Made by a program: the position numbers and the translations under genes. DNA of 32,000 bases. It comes from Planctomycetales bacterium (GTDB lineage Bacteria; 4484-113; JAFGCY01). This document shows positions 24,155 through 32,000 of the stretch, piece after piece. The notes under the pieces are model-generated. The model worked only from the letters and a program-made list of their open reading frames with translations. It searched no databases and was not told the DNA's origin. The stretch lies in NCBI GenBank assembly GCA_022646745.1, contig CP060262.1, forward strand, positions 3,480,001 to 3,512,000, in the 5' to 3' direction. Positions within the stretch are counted from its first letter, which is position 1, and each line of letters begins with the position of its first letter.

Positions 24155-25732
24155 ATGCCACATTTGAGACGCGGCCTGGTGCTGGGCCTGATCAGCATCC
24201 TGCTGTTCAGCTGTTCGCGCCAGGCCGGCCTTGAAACCGGGGCTACCCCCACCCCTGCCAACGGCATCCCGCTCACGGGTCTGCCGGACATCTCAACCCT
24301 GCGTGAGCCTTCCATCCTCGTGGGCTACCTGCAGACCGGCTCCGAAGCCGTCTTCCGCTCCACCAACTCCGACGTCGTCGGCGATTCCCTCCTGATGGCC
24401 TCCCCGGCCCAGGGCACCAGCTGGGGCGTCTGGGGCTTTGCCAACACCATCGGCGCCACGGGCTGCCTGGTTGACTACAACGGGGTTGACGACGCGGCGA
24501 GCTACTTCGCGATCGCGGACTTCGACAAGGGCCGCTGGGAAGTGGCCGGCCCGGTGCCGGGACCGCAGCAGGAACTGACGATCGACAAGCCAGGCTATAC
24601 CAGCCCCGGCGGAAACATCTACATCGCGATGATCGCCTGGGACGGGGCATCGATCACCGCGGACCAGCTGACCCTGTTCGCGGACATCGCACCCTTCAAG
24701 AGTGACATTGACAACTCCGGCGGCTACACCTCGCTGGCGCTCGTGAACGGCCGCCCGGCGATCAGCTATTACGACGACACGGACCACGACCTGAAGTTCG
24801 TGCGAGCGCTGGATGCCTTCGGCCAGAGCTGGGGCACGCCGCTCACACTGGACAGTGCGGGGGACACCGGGCAGTACACCTCGCTGGAGGTGATCGGCGG
24901 GATCCCGATGATCGCCTACTATGACTTCACGAACCAGGACCTGCGCTTCATCCGCGCCAGTGACGAGGATGGCAGCGCATGGGAGAGCCCGCTGACGCTG
25001 GATGGCAGCGGCACCCAGAGCGGTGAGTTCCCCTGGCTGACCGAGGTGAACGGCAGGCCTTCGATCGCCTACTACGATGTCAACGGTCCCGCCCTGCGAT
25101 TCATCCGTGCCAGCGATGCAATGGGTGACAGCTGGGGCTCGCCGGTTGACGTGGACACCGATGGTAACACGGGGCAGGAGCCCTGCCTGGCGGTGATTGA
25201 CGGGCTGCCGATGATCTCCTACCGCAAGGGCTCCGCCGGTGAACTGCGCATCGTGCGTGCGCTGGATGCCGACGGCGCGACATGGGACACCCCGCTCGTG
25301 CTGCTGGCTGGCAACAACACCGGCTTCGGCTCGGTGCTGATGACCGTGGCCGGCAACCCGGCGGTGGCCTGGTACGACCTGACGGACAGTGACCTGCGCT
25401 TCCAGCGGGCCCAGACCAGCACGGGCAGCTTCTGGTTCGGCTCGGTGACACTTGACGGCCAGGAGGATGACGCCGGTACCTACGCCACAATGGGCATCTT
25501 CGAGGGCACGCCGATGATCGTGTACCACAAGGGCATCATGGGTGACCTGAGGATGGTCTGGGCGAATGACGCTGAGGGTACGAGCTGGACCAACCCGGTG
25601 CTGCTTGACGAGAGCAGCGTGATCGTCGGCAAGTACAACTCACTGGCGGACATCAATGGCGAACCGGCGGTGAGCTACTGGGACCAGACCAACGGCAGGC
25701 TGCTGTACATGTGGGGGCTGAGCGAGAGGTAG
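24155..25732 (+). CDS. lipoprotein: conserved N-domain + 7 propeller-like repeats, no PKD (paralog 4)
   Basis: SD GGAGA 6 nt upstream. Lipobox LLFSC. SYFAIADFDKGRWEVAGP, seven SLALVNGRPAISYYD-type repeats. Confidence 0.8.
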   Translation: MPHLRRGLVLGLISILLFSCSRQAGLETGATPTPANGIPLTGLPDISTLREPSILVGYLQTGSEAVFRSTNSDVVGDSLLMASPAQGTSWGVWGFANTIGATGCLVDYNGVDDAASYFAIADFDKGRWEVAGPVPGPQQELTIDKPGYTSPGGNIYIAMIAWDGASITADQLTLFADIAPFKSDIDNSGGYTSLALVNGRPAISYYDDTDHDLKFVRALDAFGQSWGTPLTLDSAGDTGQYTSLEVIGGIPMIAYYDFTNQDLRFIRASDEDGSAWESPLTLDGSGTQSGEFPWLTEVNGRPSIAYYDVNGPALRFIRASDAMGDSWGSPVDVDTDGNTGQEPCLAVIDGLPMISYRKGSAGELRIVRALDADGATWDTPLVLLAGNNTGFGSVLMTVAGNPAVAWYDLTDSDLRFQRAQTSTGSFWFGSVTLDGQEDDAGTYATMGIFEGTPMIVYHKGIMGDLRMVWANDAEGTSWTNPVLLDESSVIVGKYNSLADINGEPAVSYWDQTNGRLLYMWGLSER

Positions 25733-25742
25733 TGCTGAGTGG

Positions 25743-25802
25743 GCAGCAGGCAGGAACAGAATCAGAATGAGAAACAGATTGAGAAGCAGAATGAGAATCA
25801 GG
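25743..25802. repeat. purine-rich array (CAGAATGAGAAN 12-mers), left arm of an inverted pair
   Basis: CAGGAA CAGAAT CAGAATGAGAAA CAGATTGAGAAG CAGAATGAGAAT CAGG. Confidence 0.7.
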
Positions 25803-25852
25803 TAAAGGAGTATGCAGAAATCAGGCTCACTTCAACTGGTTGACAATGCTCA

Positions 25853-25903
25853 GTTTGCTTCTGCTGCTACTCATTCTGCTTCTGTTTCTCAGTCTGAGTT
25901 CTG
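25853..25903. repeat. pyrimidine-rich array, right arm (complementary to 25743-25802)
   Basis: CTCATTCTGCTTCT and TTTCTCAgTCTGAgTTCTG pair with the left arm. Lies between convergent genes. Confidence 0.7.
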
Positions 25904-25915
25904 AACACTGACAAC

Positions 25916-26941
25916 TTACGGGTCGTACTCATCGGAAGCGCCCATCGCCTCCAGCAGGTAGTAGAACTTGGTCAGCAGTTTCTCGAGCGCTTCGAGGAAA
26001 TCGCCGTCGGCCTTGCCTTCGCGGCGGGCGGCGTTGATCAGCATGCGGAATTCGAACAGCAGCGGGTCGCCGTCCAGCAGCAGTTCAGAGGAAGAGGCGG
26101 AGGGACTGTTGCCAGTGGAACTTCCGGATTCGTGCGTTTTTTCATTGTTGTCAGACTCTCGTCTGACCTCCGCATCCTCGCCGGGGCGCAGCATGCGGGA
26201 ACCGTCATTGGCACTGGTGCTGGCGGGCGCTGCCTCGGTCTGGCCGCCGGCATTCTGCCCGGCATTTCCAGCACTGCTGCCCTGCCCTCCGCTGCGATCT
26301 ATGGCAGAGGATGAGCCGGTGTTGCCAGAGTTTCCGCTCTCCCCATTGCCAGAGTTTCCTCTGACCTCCCCGGTCAGTTCCGCCTCGAGGCGGCGCAGGG
26401 CCTCGTCCTGGGCTTCGCGGCGCAGGTCGGCTTCCGAGGCACTGCCAAAGCGGGCGGACTTGCCGCCGCCGGCCTCCAGCTGTCCACTGAAGCTGGCAAT
26501 GAGGATCAGCTCGCGCCTGTCGGCCATGCTCCACATCAGGCCATGGGCCTCGCTGCTCTGGAAGCTCGGTTCGGGGTCGGCGTTGATGAATTCAAGGTTG
26601 GCGGGATAGCGTACCGACAGGTCGAAGTCCAGCCAGTTGCCAAGGTAGTCGAGCTGGGCTATCACCAGGCGCAGGCGGTCGCCATCGCGGCGCAGCAGTT
26701 CATAGGAGGCGTAGTCCAGCTCGCTGTGGCCCTCGAACACCACGGCATCGAGCACACCAAGCTCGTCGGTACCGGTGTCGTACTGCAGGCGGTCCAGTGC
26801 CACGATGCCGTCCCACTTCTGCTTGATGCTGACGAAGCCGTCCGGCGCGATCTCGATGGAGACATGCGCGCGGGCATCCGCTGCGATTGCCGGAGTGGCA
26901 AGCAGGATAAGAGCAAGGCATGTCAGCAGGCTGCGCAGCAT
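25916..26941 (-). CDS. hypothetical secreted protein with a Ser/Gly/Asn-rich central low-complexity region
   Basis: 341 aa from ATG 26941. Signal peptide LILLATPAIAADA. No motif recognised. Confidence 0.6.
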   Translation of the reverse strand: MLRSLLTCLALILLATPAIAADARAHVSIEIAPDGFVSIKQKWDGIVALDRLQYDTGTDELGVLDAVVFEGHSELDYASYELLRRDGDRLRLVIAQLDYLGNWLDFDLSVRYPANLEFINADPEPSFQSSEAHGLMWSMADRRELILIASFSGQLEAGGGKSARFGSASEADLRREAQDEALRRLEAELTGEVRGNSGNGESGNSGNTGSSSAIDRSGGQGSSAGNAGQNAGGQTEAAPASTSANDGSRMLRPGEDAEVRRESDNNEKTHESGSSTGNSPSASSSELLLDGDPLLFEFRMLINAARREGKADGDFLEALEKLLTKFYYLLEAMGASDEYDP

Positions 26942-27013
26942 ACAGAGGTTATATCGAAAAGGGATGGTAAATGAGTAAGGAGGCAAATCAATTAGAGGTG
27001 CTAGAGTTGCGCA

Positions 27014-27304
27014 ATGCTGATAGTCACATACAAGCTGCTTGCGGAATCTGCTGATGACTCTGCCCTGTGCAAGGAGCTGCAGGGTGCAAGCGCAATCCAG
27101 GTAGCTGAATGCTGCTGGATCCTCCCGGGAACGAAGTCGGCGACAGACTGGACGAACAAGCTGGCCGACCTGATTGACGAGGACCGCGACCGCCTGATGG
27201 TGGCGGTTGTCGATTCATTCGCAGAAATCGGTTGGGTCAATGCGATCTGTGGAGACCCTGCACTGGGCAATGCCATCAGGAATGAGCGGGAAAATACGGA
27301 TTAG
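27014..27304 (+). CDS. hypothetical protein (96 aa)
   Basis: ORF with reasonable GC3. No motif recognised. Confidence 0.4.
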   Translation: MLIVTYKLLAESADDSALCKELQGASAIQVAECCWILPGTKSATDWTNKLADLIDEDRDRLMVAVVDSFAEIGWVNAICGDPALGNAIRNERENTD

Positions 27305-27362
27305 CCGATCATTCCTAGAATTCCGATGTGGGGCGGATGAAGAAGTGGCCAGTGCTTAGTAG

Positions 27363-27406
27363 TGTAGCTTTTAGAGCTACAAGGCCTTGTGGCTCTTAGA
27401 GCCACA
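27363..27406. terminator. twin stem-loops between convergent genes
   Basis: TGTAGCT-TTTAG-AGCTACA (27363-27381) and TGTGGCTC-TTA-GAGCCACA (27388-27406). No U-tracts. Confidence 0.4.
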
Positions 27407-27424
27407 CTCCGAGCTTGGCCACCG

Positions 27425-28414
27425 TCACTCTTCGAAGCAGCGTCCGCCCTGGGAACAGGGCACGAAGGACTGGCCCGGTTCGATGGTATTGCCGGCCAGC
27501 CAGCTGGCGGTCGGCATGCGCTTCTTGTTGTCCGGCTGCAGTTCCTCGATCGCGACCACACCATCACCCGTCATCACCCAGATCACGCGGCGGCCGAAGG
27601 ACAGCACCTGCCCCGGCTGGGCGTCCGCCGGGATCTGCGGCAGGATGTCCTCCGGCGGGGATTCGATGCTGACGCGCCAGATCTTCAGGCGGCGGTTGTC
27701 GTCCAGCAGGGTGTACGCCCCCATGTCCGGGTCCCAGGCGCGTACGAATGACTCGATCTTCTTCGCACTGGTCGACCAGTCGATCTCCGTGTCTCGCCGG
27801 TCAAAGGTGCGGCAGTAGGTGGCGTCATCGTCATCCTGCGGGCTGAGGCTGACCGTGCCGGCAGCGATGCTGTCCAGCGCATCGACGGCCAGCCGGCCGC
27901 CGATCAGGCCGAGTTCCAGTTCCAGCTTGCCGTAGCTGATGTCGCGGCTGATCTCATATGGCTCGCGCAGCATGATGTCGCCGTCATCCAGGCGCGGGGT
28001 CATCTTCATGATGCAGACGGCAGTGCTTTCGAGGCCGAGGAGCAGCGCCGTGCGCACAGGCGAGGCTCCGCGCAGACGCGGCAGGTCAGACGGATGGACA
28101 TTGATCGGCCAGTCGGTCAGCTTCAAGAGGCTCTTCGGGATGATCTTGCCGTAGGACACTACGAGCAGGGCGTCCGGCTCGAGCGCGGCCAGCTCACTGC
28201 GCAGTTCGCGGTTGTTGGCCAGCTTCTCCGGCTTGAACACCGGGATGCCGAGTGGTGTGACGTCCATGCAGACCGGGGTCGGCTTGTACTCCATGCGGCG
28301 GCCGGAGGGGGTATCGGGCTGCGTGACCACAGCCACCAGTTCGTGGCTGCTGCCAAGCAGGTGCCCGAGTACGGCACAGCTGATGGAGGAACTGCCGAAG
28401 AAGACCACTCTCAC
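27425..28414 (-). CDS. fmt: methionyl-tRNA formyltransferase
   Basis: MRVVFFGSS..., VVTQPD, HPSDLPRLRGASPV (HxSLLPxxRG motif), C-terminal OB-like domain. 329 aa. Confidence 0.9.
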   Translation of the reverse strand: MRVVFFGSSSISCAVLGHLLGSSHELVAVVTQPDTPSGRRMEYKPTPVCMDVTPLGIPVFKPEKLANNRELRSELAALEPDALLVVSYGKIIPKSLLKLTDWPINVHPSDLPRLRGASPVRTALLLGLESTAVCIMKMTPRLDDGDIMLREPYEISRDISYGKLELELGLIGGRLAVDALDSIAAGTVSLSPQDDDDATYCRTFDRRDTEIDWSTSAKKIESFVRAWDPDMGAYTLLDDNRRLKIWRVSIESPPEDILPQIPADAQPGQVLSFGRRVIWVMTGDGVVAIEELQPDNKKRMPTASWLAGNTIEPGQSFVPCSQGGRCFEE

Positions 28415-28453
28415 GAGCGGGTATTATCGCCCCTGCCCCGGGATTATCGCTGC

Positions 28454-29077
28454 TCAGCCCTCGGGATCGAATGCGCTGTAGCGGGAATAGCGCGGCTTTT
28501 CCTGCGCTTCCTCGGGTTCGGCGCTGCGCTTCTCACCGGTATCGCCGGTGGATGTATCGGGACGTGGCGGTGGCGGGCCTGATGTCGCCTGGTAGGCGGC
28601 CTGGCTGGCCTGCTGGGCGAAGCCCTCCATCGCCTGCTTGGCGCCGAGACCATACCGGCGGGCCATGCGGTACAGCTCGCGGGCATCCTCGATGGTCTGC
28701 GGCACGTCCACGAAGACCTGGCTGCGGTCAATGCCGTAGCGTTCACACTTCTCGTCGATCACCCTGTCCGGGGCAAACTCGATGAAGGCCTGCATGATGA
28801 TCAGCGAGACGATGATGTCGTCCAGCAGGCCGATGCCGGTGATGGCATCCGGCTCGACATCCAGCGGGGAGAACTTGTAGACCACGCCTGAGGTCGCCGC
28901 CACCTTGAGCCACAGAGAGACACGCGGGTCGAGGTAGAGCGCCATGAACAGGCGCGCGGTGTGGTTGAGCTTCAGGAGCCCGGAGAGAGAGTCGAGGTTT
29001 GCCCGGCCACGGTACTGAGTCATCCACACCATTGTAACTGTTTGAACCGGCGCAGTGTTTATCACGGCAGCCGTCAT
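28454..29077 (-). CDS. DUF1232 (YkvA-like) membrane protein
   Basis: FSPLDVEPDAITGIGLLDDIIV matches the DUF1232 motif. The true start is probably internal (ATG 29023 or 29032), because 29077 lies 6 bp from the divergent gene. Confidence 0.65.
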   Translation of the reverse strand: MTAAVINTAPVQTVTMVWMTQYRGRANLDSLSGLLKLNHTARLFMALYLDPRVSLWLKVAATSGVVYKFSPLDVEPDAITGIGLLDDIIVSLIIMQAFIEFAPDRVIDEKCERYGIDRSQVFVDVPQTIEDARELYRMARRYGLGAKQAMEGFAQQASQAAYQATSGPPPPRPDTSTGDTGEKRSAEPEEAQEKPRYSRYSAFDPEG

Positions 29078-29083
29078 ACCGAT

Positions 29084-30244
29084 ATGCCTGCTGCAGGCAA
29101 TAAAATTATGGACAGCCAGATGCCGAGCAAAACAGGACAGTACTTCCGCAACGGTGCGGCCGCCGCCGCGGGCGTCGTGCTCGTGCTGGTGGGCGTGTAT
29201 GTGCTGTACCTGCTGCGAAATGTGGCGATGATCGTGCTGATCGCGGGGCTATTGGCCTATGTGGTGAACTGGCTGGTGGGCAAGCTCAGCAGCCGGATGC
29301 CGCGGATCGCCGCCGTCTGGGCCAGCATGGCGGTGTTCATGGTGCTGATGCTCGGAGTGTTCGGCACCACCCTGCCGGTGATCTCCGGGCAGGTGAGCGA
29401 GTTCTCGTCCAGCCTTGGCTACATGATTGAACGCCTCGACGTGCAGATCAGCGGCTGGAGCATCCCCTTCGTCAGCCTCGGTGACAACACGATCAGCAAC
29501 TACCTGGACACGATCGGCAGTGAATGGCAGAAAAGCACGCCGCAGATCATCAGCGCCACGCAGAACCTGCTGTCCAGCACGGCCAGCCTGCTGGCGACGA
29601 TCCTGATCATCCCGCTGATCACGCTCTACCTGCTGCTGGACGGCGAGCGGCTGCGCAACAGCTTCATCGTGTCCTTCCCGGAGCGCAACCGGCAGACGAT
29701 TGACCGTGTGATGAGCGCGATCAGCCGCGCACTTGGCAACTACATCTACAGCCGGCTGGTGCTCGGGCTGTTCGTCGGCGTGATGACAACGATCATCCTC
29801 GGACTGTTCGGCATCAAGTTCGCGCTGCTGCTCGGGCTGCTGGCATTCTTCGGTGAGTTCATCCCGGTGATCGGCCCCTGGCTGGCCTACCTGCCGACGG
29901 CACTGATCGTGATGACCGGCGAGCCGACCACTGCCTTCATCACACTGCTGGTGGTCTCGCTGTTCTACCTCGTGGTGCAGATGATCGAGAATTACATCAT
30001 CGTGCCGAAGCTGATGGCGGATACGATGGACATGCACCCGCTGACGGTGATCCTCGCGATCATGATCGGCGGCACGCTGGGCGGGATCCCCGGCCTGTTC
30101 GTGAGCATCCCGGTGGCGGCGATGATCAAGGTGCTGCTGAAGATCTTCTACTTCCGCATGGCGGAGCCGGGCATCGAGGTGCCCGAGGAACTGGGGATGG
30201 AGCGCGAACTGTCCGCCGCTGCCGACACCACGGAAGCGCTCTAG
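29084..30244 (+). CDS. AI-2E family transporter (PerM/UPF0118)
   Basis: Multi-TM protein. FGEFIPVIGPWLAYLP and IENYIIVPKLM motifs are typical of the family. Alternative start at 29108. Confidence 0.8.
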   Translation: MPAAGNKIMDSQMPSKTGQYFRNGAAAAAGVVLVLVGVYVLYLLRNVAMIVLIAGLLAYVVNWLVGKLSSRMPRIAAVWASMAVFMVLMLGVFGTTLPVISGQVSEFSSSLGYMIERLDVQISGWSIPFVSLGDNTISNYLDTIGSEWQKSTPQIISATQNLLSSTASLLATILIIPLITLYLLLDGERLRNSFIVSFPERNRQTIDRVMSAISRALGNYIYSRLVLGLFVGVMTTIILGLFGIKFALLLGLLAFFGEFIPVIGPWLAYLPTALIVMTGEPTTAFITLLVVSLFYLVVQMIENYIIVPKLMADTMDMHPLTVILAIMIGGTLGGIPGLFVSIPVAAMIKVLLKIFYFRMAEPGIEVPEELGMERELSAAADTTEAL

Positions 30245-31041
30245 CTGCCGACCACCCCGTCCATTGGTGAGCTCGCACTGGCATAGCGCCGGCGGGCGAT
30301 ACGCCCGGCGAGCCAGGCATTGCGGCCGGCCTCGATCCCCTGTGCCATCGCCGTTGCCATCATGGCCGGGTCCTTGGCCATCGCGATCGCCGTGTTGATC
30401 AGGCAGGCATCGGCACCGAGCTCCATTGCCAGCGCTGCATCTGAAGGGGCACCGATGCCGGCGTCGACGATGATCGGCACCTTGCCACCGAGTTCCTCGA
30501 TGATGAACTGCAGGCCACTGAAGTCGGGCAGGCCCTGCCCGCTGCCGATCGGCGAGGCGAGCGGCATCACGGTGTCGGCCCCGGCCTCGAACAGACGGCG
30601 GGCCACGATCGGGTCCTGGCTGGTGTAGGGCAGTACGATGAAGCCCTCATCCTTGAGGATCTTCGTGCCTTCTACAGTGGCGCTGACATCCGGCAGGAGC
30701 GTCTTCTCGTCGCCGAGCACTTCAAGCTTGATCCAGTTCGTGCCGGTGGCGGCGCGGGCCAGCCGGGCTGTGCGCAGCGCGCTGTCCAGGTCGAAGCAGC
30801 CGGCGGTGTTTGGCAGCAGCTGGATGCGCGAGAGGTCCATGTAGTCGATGAAGTTCTTCTCACTGCGCTTCTCGTCAAGGTCGATGCGGCGCACGGCGAC
30901 GGTCACGCACTCAGTGCCGCCGGCCGCGAATGCCGACACCATCGTGTCCGGGTCCGGGAACTTGCCGGTCCCCATGAACAGGCGGCTCGTGAAGGTACGG
31001 CCGCCGATGACGAGCTGATTGTCAACACCTGTCTGGGTCAT
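30241..31041 (-). CDS. thiG: thiazole synthase ThiG
   Basis: GGAGGA SD 6 nt upstream of ATG 31041. FMGTGKF, VLPYTSQDP, VMPLASPIGSGQG, IIVDAGIGAPSDAA. 266 aa. Confidence 0.9.
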   Translation of the reverse strand: MTQTGVDNQLVIGGRTFTSRLFMGTGKFPDPDTMVSAFAAGGTECVTVAVRRIDLDEKRSEKNFIDYMDLSRIQLLPNTAGCFDLDSALRTARLARAATGTNWIKLEVLGDEKTLLPDVSATVEGTKILKDEGFIVLPYTSQDPIVARRLFEAGADTVMPLASPIGSGQGLPDFSGLQFIIEELGGKVPIIVDAGIGAPSDAALAMELGADACLINTAIAMAKDPAMMATAMAQGIEAGRNAWLAGRIARRRYASASSPMDGVVGS

Positions 31042-31190
31042 CTGGAATCCTCCGGCTGATTGCCACCGGAAGATTAACACAGGTATCCCGCGCCGACGGT
31101 GACAACGGACCCGCAATTGCATATACTGGACGCAGCAAGCTGAGACCGGGCTGCACGGACAGGACAGAATTCCACGCCCGGGGGACGGAC

Positions 31191-31877
31191 ATGATGACTG
31201 GTACGAGCGGTGGGCAGAACATGAGCTGCCCGGAATGCGGGGGGATGATGGAGCTGCGCCTCGGGCGCTGGGACTGTTCCCGCTGCGGACATGTGATTGA
31301 ACCTGATAAGCCCGTTGGAATCGATGTCGGCTCGCCGGCTGACAGCGTCAACCGGGCGAAGCTGATCAGGCGAGCGGATGACCCGGTGCCCATGAGCGGG
31401 GACTCCAGCAAGCTGGAGTCAAGGCTGCACCTGATGAAGCAGGCCCAGCCCTACTCACTCGCTGTCCGGCTGTCCTGCCTCGGCGGGCAGCTGCTGGTGG
31501 TGGCGGTGAGCCACATGTACATACTGATGCGCGGCGAGGTCGGCAGCTGGCTGGAAAGCGGGCAGATCGGTCTGAGGCTGGCGCTCCAGGCGGTGTATGT
31601 GCTGCTTATCTGCGTCGGCCTGTTCTGGCGCGAACTGCCAACCAAGTACTTCGCGCTTGCGCTGAACATCCTGGTGTTCATCGGGCTGTTCGCGATGGTG
31701 CTGATGCAGTATGGCCTGCTGCCTCGACCGGACAGCTTCTACAACTCGATCTTCCCATCAATGCCGGAATGGTACTGGGTCGTGCTGCTGTTCCTGCATA
31801 CCAGCCTGATGTTCGTGATCTTCACCGTGATCAGGCAGGACCTTGAATCCCGGGTTTCCCCGGGGGATGGCAGATGA
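31191..31877 (+). CDS. zinc-ribbon membrane protein
   Basis: N-terminal CPECGGMMELRLGRWDCSRCGH, followed by about four hydrophobic helices. Confidence 0.6.
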   Translation: MMTGTSGGQNMSCPECGGMMELRLGRWDCSRCGHVIEPDKPVGIDVGSPADSVNRAKLIRRADDPVPMSGDSSKLESRLHLMKQAQPYSLAVRLSCLGGQLLVVAVSHMYILMRGEVGSWLESGQIGLRLALQAVYVLLICVGLFWRELPTKYFALALNILVFIGLFAMVLMQYGLLPRPDSFYNSIFPSMPEWYWVVLLFLHTSLMFVIFTVIRQDLESRVSPGDGR

Positions 31878-31915
31878 GCGATCCTATGGCTGAAATGGAT
31901 AAGAGGAACTGACAA

Positions 31916-32000
31916 TGGCTGAGACACGCAACTGCCCGCAGTGCGACATGATGATGGACTACCGCCTCGGTGAGTACGAATGCCCGTCCTGTGGACACCG
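31916..32000 (+). CDS. zinc-ribbon protein, N-terminal fragment (paralog of the preceding gene; 3' end outside window)
   Basis: AAGAGGA SD. MAETRNCPQCDMMMDYRLGEYECPSCGH has the same CPxC-MM-x2-RLG-x3-C-x2-CGH pattern as 31221-31290. Confidence 0.5.

Noticed and set aside
25812-25904. 30-aa ORF (MQKSGSLQLVDNAQFASAATHSASVSQSEF) in the loop and right arm of the 25743-25903 hairpin, preceded by AAGGAG.
   Set aside because: The SD is only 1 nt from the ATG, GC3 is low, and most of the ORF is just a translation of the repeat arm.
572-30037. Long ORFs antisense to or overlapping confident genes: 572-1723(+), 2407-3267(-), 3600-4523(-), 3707-4756(+), 6401-7480(-), 7627-8403(-), 10375-10950(-), 12893-13681(+), 14190-15113(-), 14914-15879(-), 15819-16505(-), 20996-21949(-), 22303-23277(-), 24293-25528(-), 29249-30037(-).
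   Set aside because: These are typical shadow ORFs of a GC-rich genome. They have Arg/Ala/Gly/Pro/His-rich or low-complexity translations, no motifs and no SD, and each lies opposite a gene with clear family signatures.
31042-31190. TPP riboswitch upstream of thiG.
   Set aside because: Read on the minus strand, the leader lacks the conserved CUGAGA and ACCUGAUCUGGAUAAUGCCAGCG-type elements. The only CTGAGA (31138-31143) is on the opposite strand and has no accompanying THI-box features.

Overview
GC-rich bacterial chromosomal window. It has no rRNA, CRISPR array, phage structural genes, reverse transcriptase or recognisable defence genes. Housekeeping or recognisable genes: C-terminal fragment of a multihaem cytochrome c, a DUF885 protein, rseP (site-2 protease), a fasciclin-domain protein, an OmpR-type response regulator with a LOV histidine kinase, an orphan ABC ATPase, yraN, a Leu/Glu-dehydrogenase-family protein, fmt, a DUF1232 protein, an AI-2E transporter, thiG, and tRNA-Arg(ACG), tRNA-Pro(UGG) and tRNA-Ser(CGA). 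Accessory content: (1) four paralogous lipoproteins sharing a conserved N-domain, 0-2 PKD domains and seven propeller-like repeats; (2) two small AT-richer genes for IVS/Avd-type four-helix-bundle proteins. Each of these has its own promoter and sits between long inverted arms made of tandem G-rich heptamers (GGGATGN at one locus, GGGAACA/GGGGAAC at the other). One arm is split by an IS481-like element. Gene-less versions of the same inverted short-repeat architecture occur in at least two other intergenic regions, all with the same G-rich to C-rich polarity. This cassette architecture is my best candidate for an undescribed system. Other points worth a second look: three tandem ~30-aa transmembrane micro-ORFs ending in Cys-x-x, each followed by a CCGGTCGG-centred hairpin, just upstream of rseP; a 37-nt duplication of the tRNA-Arg 3' end bracketing a single low-GC lipoprotein gene; and a histone-H1/AlgP-like Ala/Lys/Pro tail fused to DUF885. 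All calls come from reading the sequence and motifs by eye; no database search was possible.
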